Position numbers and translations under genes: made by a program. A stretch of DNA of 64,000 bases. Source: Vitrella brassicaformis CCMP3155 (lineage: Eukaryota > Protista > Chromerida). Numbering within the stretch: the stretch's first letter is position 1; every line of letters begins with the position of its first letter. The notes beneath the pieces are model-generated. The model did not search any database. It saw only the letters and a program-made list of their open reading frames with translations, and was not told the DNA's origin. The stretch spans positions 62,001-126,000 of the forward strand of contig CDMY01000290.1 of assembly GCA_001179505.1 (NCBI GenBank), given 5' to 3'. This document shows, piece after piece, positions 60,587-64,000 of the stretch.

Positions 60587-62684
60587 ATGCCGACCGCCGC
60601 CAGTCTTGAAGATAAGGCCGCCGACGCGCACCTTGCCCCGCCGTGCCCAGCCAGTGACCAAAAAGGCAGCAGCATCCCAGCCGTGGCGCGGCAAGTGGCG
60701 CGGCTGACCATTTTCGACTGGGACGACACCCTCTTCGCCACCACGGCCATCATGACGGGGCCGCTCTCGGTGAGAAAATGGCAGATCTGCCGTCTGCATT
60801 GTACTGGGGAGATGTTTGCACTGGTGGGTGGGTGATGAGATGGGTGGGTGGGTGTGTTGTGTGGTGTGTGCAGCATGGTGGTGAGGAGAGCGCGATTCGC
60901 AAGGCCCTGAAGGCGTTTTTCAAGAAGGCGGGCCAGCAGATGGCGGCACTGGACGCGGCGGCCAGCAAGGCCATGGAGAGGGCCGTGGCCGAGGGGAAAG
61001 TCATAGTCATAACCAATGGCGAGACGGTACGCCCGCATGACGCGCCAACCGACCAGAGAGAGACACACACACAGAGAGACACCATCCATCCATCCATCCG
61101 TTGTGTGCTTTGTTGCGTTGTGGGGATCAGGCGTGGGTGAGGTTGTCGGCTGGGTTCATGCCGCTGCTGCAGAAGGTCATGGAGAACAACACCGTCCGAG
61201 TAGTGTCGTCGCGCGAGGCCTTCAGCAAAGACTACCCAAACCGATCGGATCTGTGGAAGGTCAGATCACCACACACACACCACACCACAAGAGGGGGAGG
61301 GGGCAAGGAGAGAGGCGGAGAGAGGGAGTATGTCCATTTTGTGTGTTGTTGGGTGTGGGGTGTGGTGTGCGCAGATATACACGTTTGCGCGCGAGATCGG
61401 CAAGATGCGGCCCCTGGACATGGCCATCACCATTGGCGACGCCCCACATGACATGGACGCCCTCAAGAAATACAGGTACGTACGTACCTCAGACACATAT
61501 GGCATGGACGAGCCGAACATGTGCAAACACCTGACCTGCACCCTCTCTGTGTGTGTGTGTGTGTGTTCTGTTTTTGTGTGTGTGTCAGGGGCAAGGGGTC
61601 AGGGGCGGTGGCCAAGCGCTATGTCCGCTTCACGGGGCTGCCAGAGCCGCCGACGTTGACCAAGGTCAGAATACAAGACAACACAACACTCACACGAACA
61701 GAGACACACGCCTCACATCAAGGCGGTGCATTGGGTACATGTGTGTGTGTGTGTGTGTGTGGAATGGTCATCAGGAGTTGGACAAGTTGACTTCGCTGTA
61801 CGACGAGATCATCCACCCCGCCACAAAGCACAAGAACTGGGACATGGACGATATTCTACAGGTAACCTCACACGGCACGGCACGCACACAACAAACACCC
61901 CCCCTACCCAACACAGGACATCTCTTTTTTCTGCTCTCTTTCATATTGAATGCAGCTATCGCTCCCGGAGGATTTCGAGTACCTCCCAATGGACGGTATC
62001 ATCAACCCACCCCCACCCTCACCCTCACCCCCACCCCCACCAGCCAACGGCACTCCCCCAGGCACCCCCGTCGTATCCACACACACACCGAAGCGCGGCC
62101 GCTCACCCTCTCCCCGCCTCCGCCGCCACAACAACAACAACAACCACATGCGGCCCGCATCGCCACCCCCACGCAAGAATGGCGGGGGCAAGCGCAAGGT
62201 GGCCGACAAGACCAGTAGTGCCGCTGCCGATGAGGACGATGAGGGTCCGTGCCCGATGGACCTGTCAGAGGACATCGAAGGCGTGGACGAGGTGGCGAAT
62301 GATCGGAGCAAGAAGGCCAAGAGCAAGGCGAAGGGCACGGGAGGTGGGATGGGCAAGACACGTGAGGTGGAGGGGGACGAGGTGGTCGTGGCCGGGGATG
62401 AAGAGGAGGGAGAGGGGGGCCGCGAGAGCGACGCCACGCCCCAGCGGCAGCTCAAGAAGCTCCGCCGGCTCACCCAGCAGCGGGCCGGCGTGATCCGCAT
62501 GAGCATGGGGGGTGGTGATGGTGCCGACGAGGGCAGCAAGACGCCCCAGTTCGGCGCTGCCACCCCCTCTGCCGGCGCACGGTCGTCGTGCCGCACGCCG
62601 TCGCCGTCGAAGCGGGGCAAGACGCGGCTGGGCGATCCCCCCGCCACACCGCGGTACGACTTCCGCCACAAGCGGTCGTCCTAG
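60587..62684 (+). CDS. HAD-superfamily protein with Pro-rich/basic disordered tail
   Basis: Motif I IFDWDDTLF, motif II VITN, motif III LWK, motif IV IGDAPHD, spread across exons. Confidence 0.8.
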
Positions 62685-63701
62685 ATAGCGAATTTCGATA
62701 GTATACCATCATGATATGATACAGGCAGGGAGGCAAGGCGGGAGGGAGGGGAGGGGAGGTCTGTGCATATGTGTGGGTTCGTGTGTGTGGCGCGTTGTGA
62801 TGTTGAAGGCAGCTACCTGAATGAATGAATGGATGGATGGATGGATGGAGGGGGGGAGGGAGGGAGGAAGGGGTGGATGGGGGAGTGCAGGCAGCCAGGC
62901 AGGCAGGCGGGCGGGCCGAATCTCACACGAGAAAGATATGATAAGAGAGGAGGCGCTGCGCTGCTCCGCTGCTTTTCGCTCAGCTTCCCAAGGTATAGCC
63001 GTCTGTCCGTCTGGCCGTCTGTTTGTCCTCTGCCGGAGCTCTGCAAGGCTCATGCATTGCAATGCATGATGCCCATGCATTGCAATGTCTCCCCGCTTAC
63101 TCTTCGCTTCCTTTTCTTCTTCTTTCTTCTCTTGCACATCTAGCTGCATTGGCTGTGGTGTGATCGTGTTGTCTTGTGTTGCGGAGGAGAGGGACATGAA
63201 AGGCACAGAGAGAGAGGGAGGGAGGGGGGGAGGGGGGGGGAATATGTGATGGTGTCGTGGTTCCATCCATATGTACAAACGTTGGTTGGTATGACACGAC
63301 TGACTGAGACACGGGCCACATGGTTGAAAGCCGAGTCGTTTCATCCTTCGATCATGATGCTGTGTCGACCGATTTGAGCGTCAACACCGCGATAGTCAAA
63401 CGAATGACCACGATAGTCTAATTCATATGCACACACGAGACACATCCAAGGGAATTGAGTGCATTGCCGTCTGCCTCTCTGAGCGTCATCGTGAGGCGGG
63501 GCTGCGATGAACGCCAAGACATCGCAGCCCGACATCCCGATCACGCTCAGAAAGGTACAAAGCAACACAGTCATTCGACAACAGGTCTGAATGCACAACA
63601 TACTCCAAAGCAAGGCCATCTATGCTGTACACACGCGCACTATGCCCACAGTACGACGTCCCTCCCCAGCTGGCTGCCTCCCTCAGTCGGTGACAGACAA
63701 C

Positions 63702-64000
63702 TCACAGCGTCCAGAAGAGCAGCATGAGCCCTCTGAGGTACTGCATGACCTCCCCCGCCCCCAGCTTGGACGAGCCATAGATGCGGTCGACGAAGGTGAT
63801 GGGGCACTCGGCCACTGTGTAGCCCATCTTGGTGGCCCTCGTGATGAGTTCCATCTGGAACACATAGCCCCTGCTGACCACACGCGAGATGACCTCCTCG
63901 AACACCGCCCGTCGATAGAGCCGAAAGGAGCCCGTGAGGTCCGACACACCGGGGCTGAGCATCACCTGCGCCAGGTAGTTGGCCACACGGCTGGTCAGGA
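63702..64000 (-). CDS. DPM1: Dolichol-phosphate mannosyltransferase, final exon (5' part outside window)
   Basis: SDLTGSFRLYRR...SRGYVFQME...ECPITFVDRIYGSSKLG is the DPM1 C-terminal signature. Confidence 0.95.
   Translation of the reverse strand, partial: LTSRVANYLAQVMLSPGVSDLTGSFRLYRRAVFEEVISRVVSRGYVFQMELITRATKMGYTVAECPITFVDRIYGSSKLGAGEVMQYLRGLMLLFWTL

Noticed and set aside
62700-63700. Short ORFs in the convergent HAD/DPM1 spacer and similar intergenic ORFs
   Set aside because: Made of GATG/GGCA/GT microsatellite translations with no splice or domain support.
1-64000. tRNA, rRNA or bacterial contamination
   Set aside because: No cloverleaf or rRNA signatures were recognised by eye; bacterial-type genes (ClpS, VIPP1, DUF1499) carry spliceosomal introns.

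Overview
Intron-rich, GC-rich eukaryotic scaffold from a photosynthetic alveolate. It is most likely a chromerid such as Vitrella; this is an inference from ApiAP2 and RAP genes, plastid-targeted VIPP1/ClpS/DUF1350 with signal peptide plus aromatic +1 residue, and microsatellite-filled short introns. About 22 spliced genes were reconstructed by eye: Sfi1-like (partial), ClpS, DUF1499, VPS4, VIPP1, two secreted proteins, FHA-RINGv-FHA, mucin-like, DUF1350, a helical-repeat protein, SEC22, a RAP protein, two AP2 multi-domain paralogues, a lineage-specific MG-start protein, a small TM protein, Rix1/PELP1-like, Mix17-like, LRR-coiled-coil, DHYC palmitoyltransferase, HAD-family protein and DPM1 (partial). 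Most genes sit in head-to-head pairs. There is one 300-nt assembly gap. The most unusual part is 34.9-49.5 kb, a duplicated AP2 locus. One copy ends in SAM-like exons and the other is spliced onto the SHP-UBX tail of a p47-type p97 adaptor; each copy carries a reading-frame lesion, and both are followed by a 98%-identical 100-nt non-coding block. A 23-24-nt motif also recurs in three unrelated bidirectional promoters. All gene models and family calls are by eye and unverified by database search.
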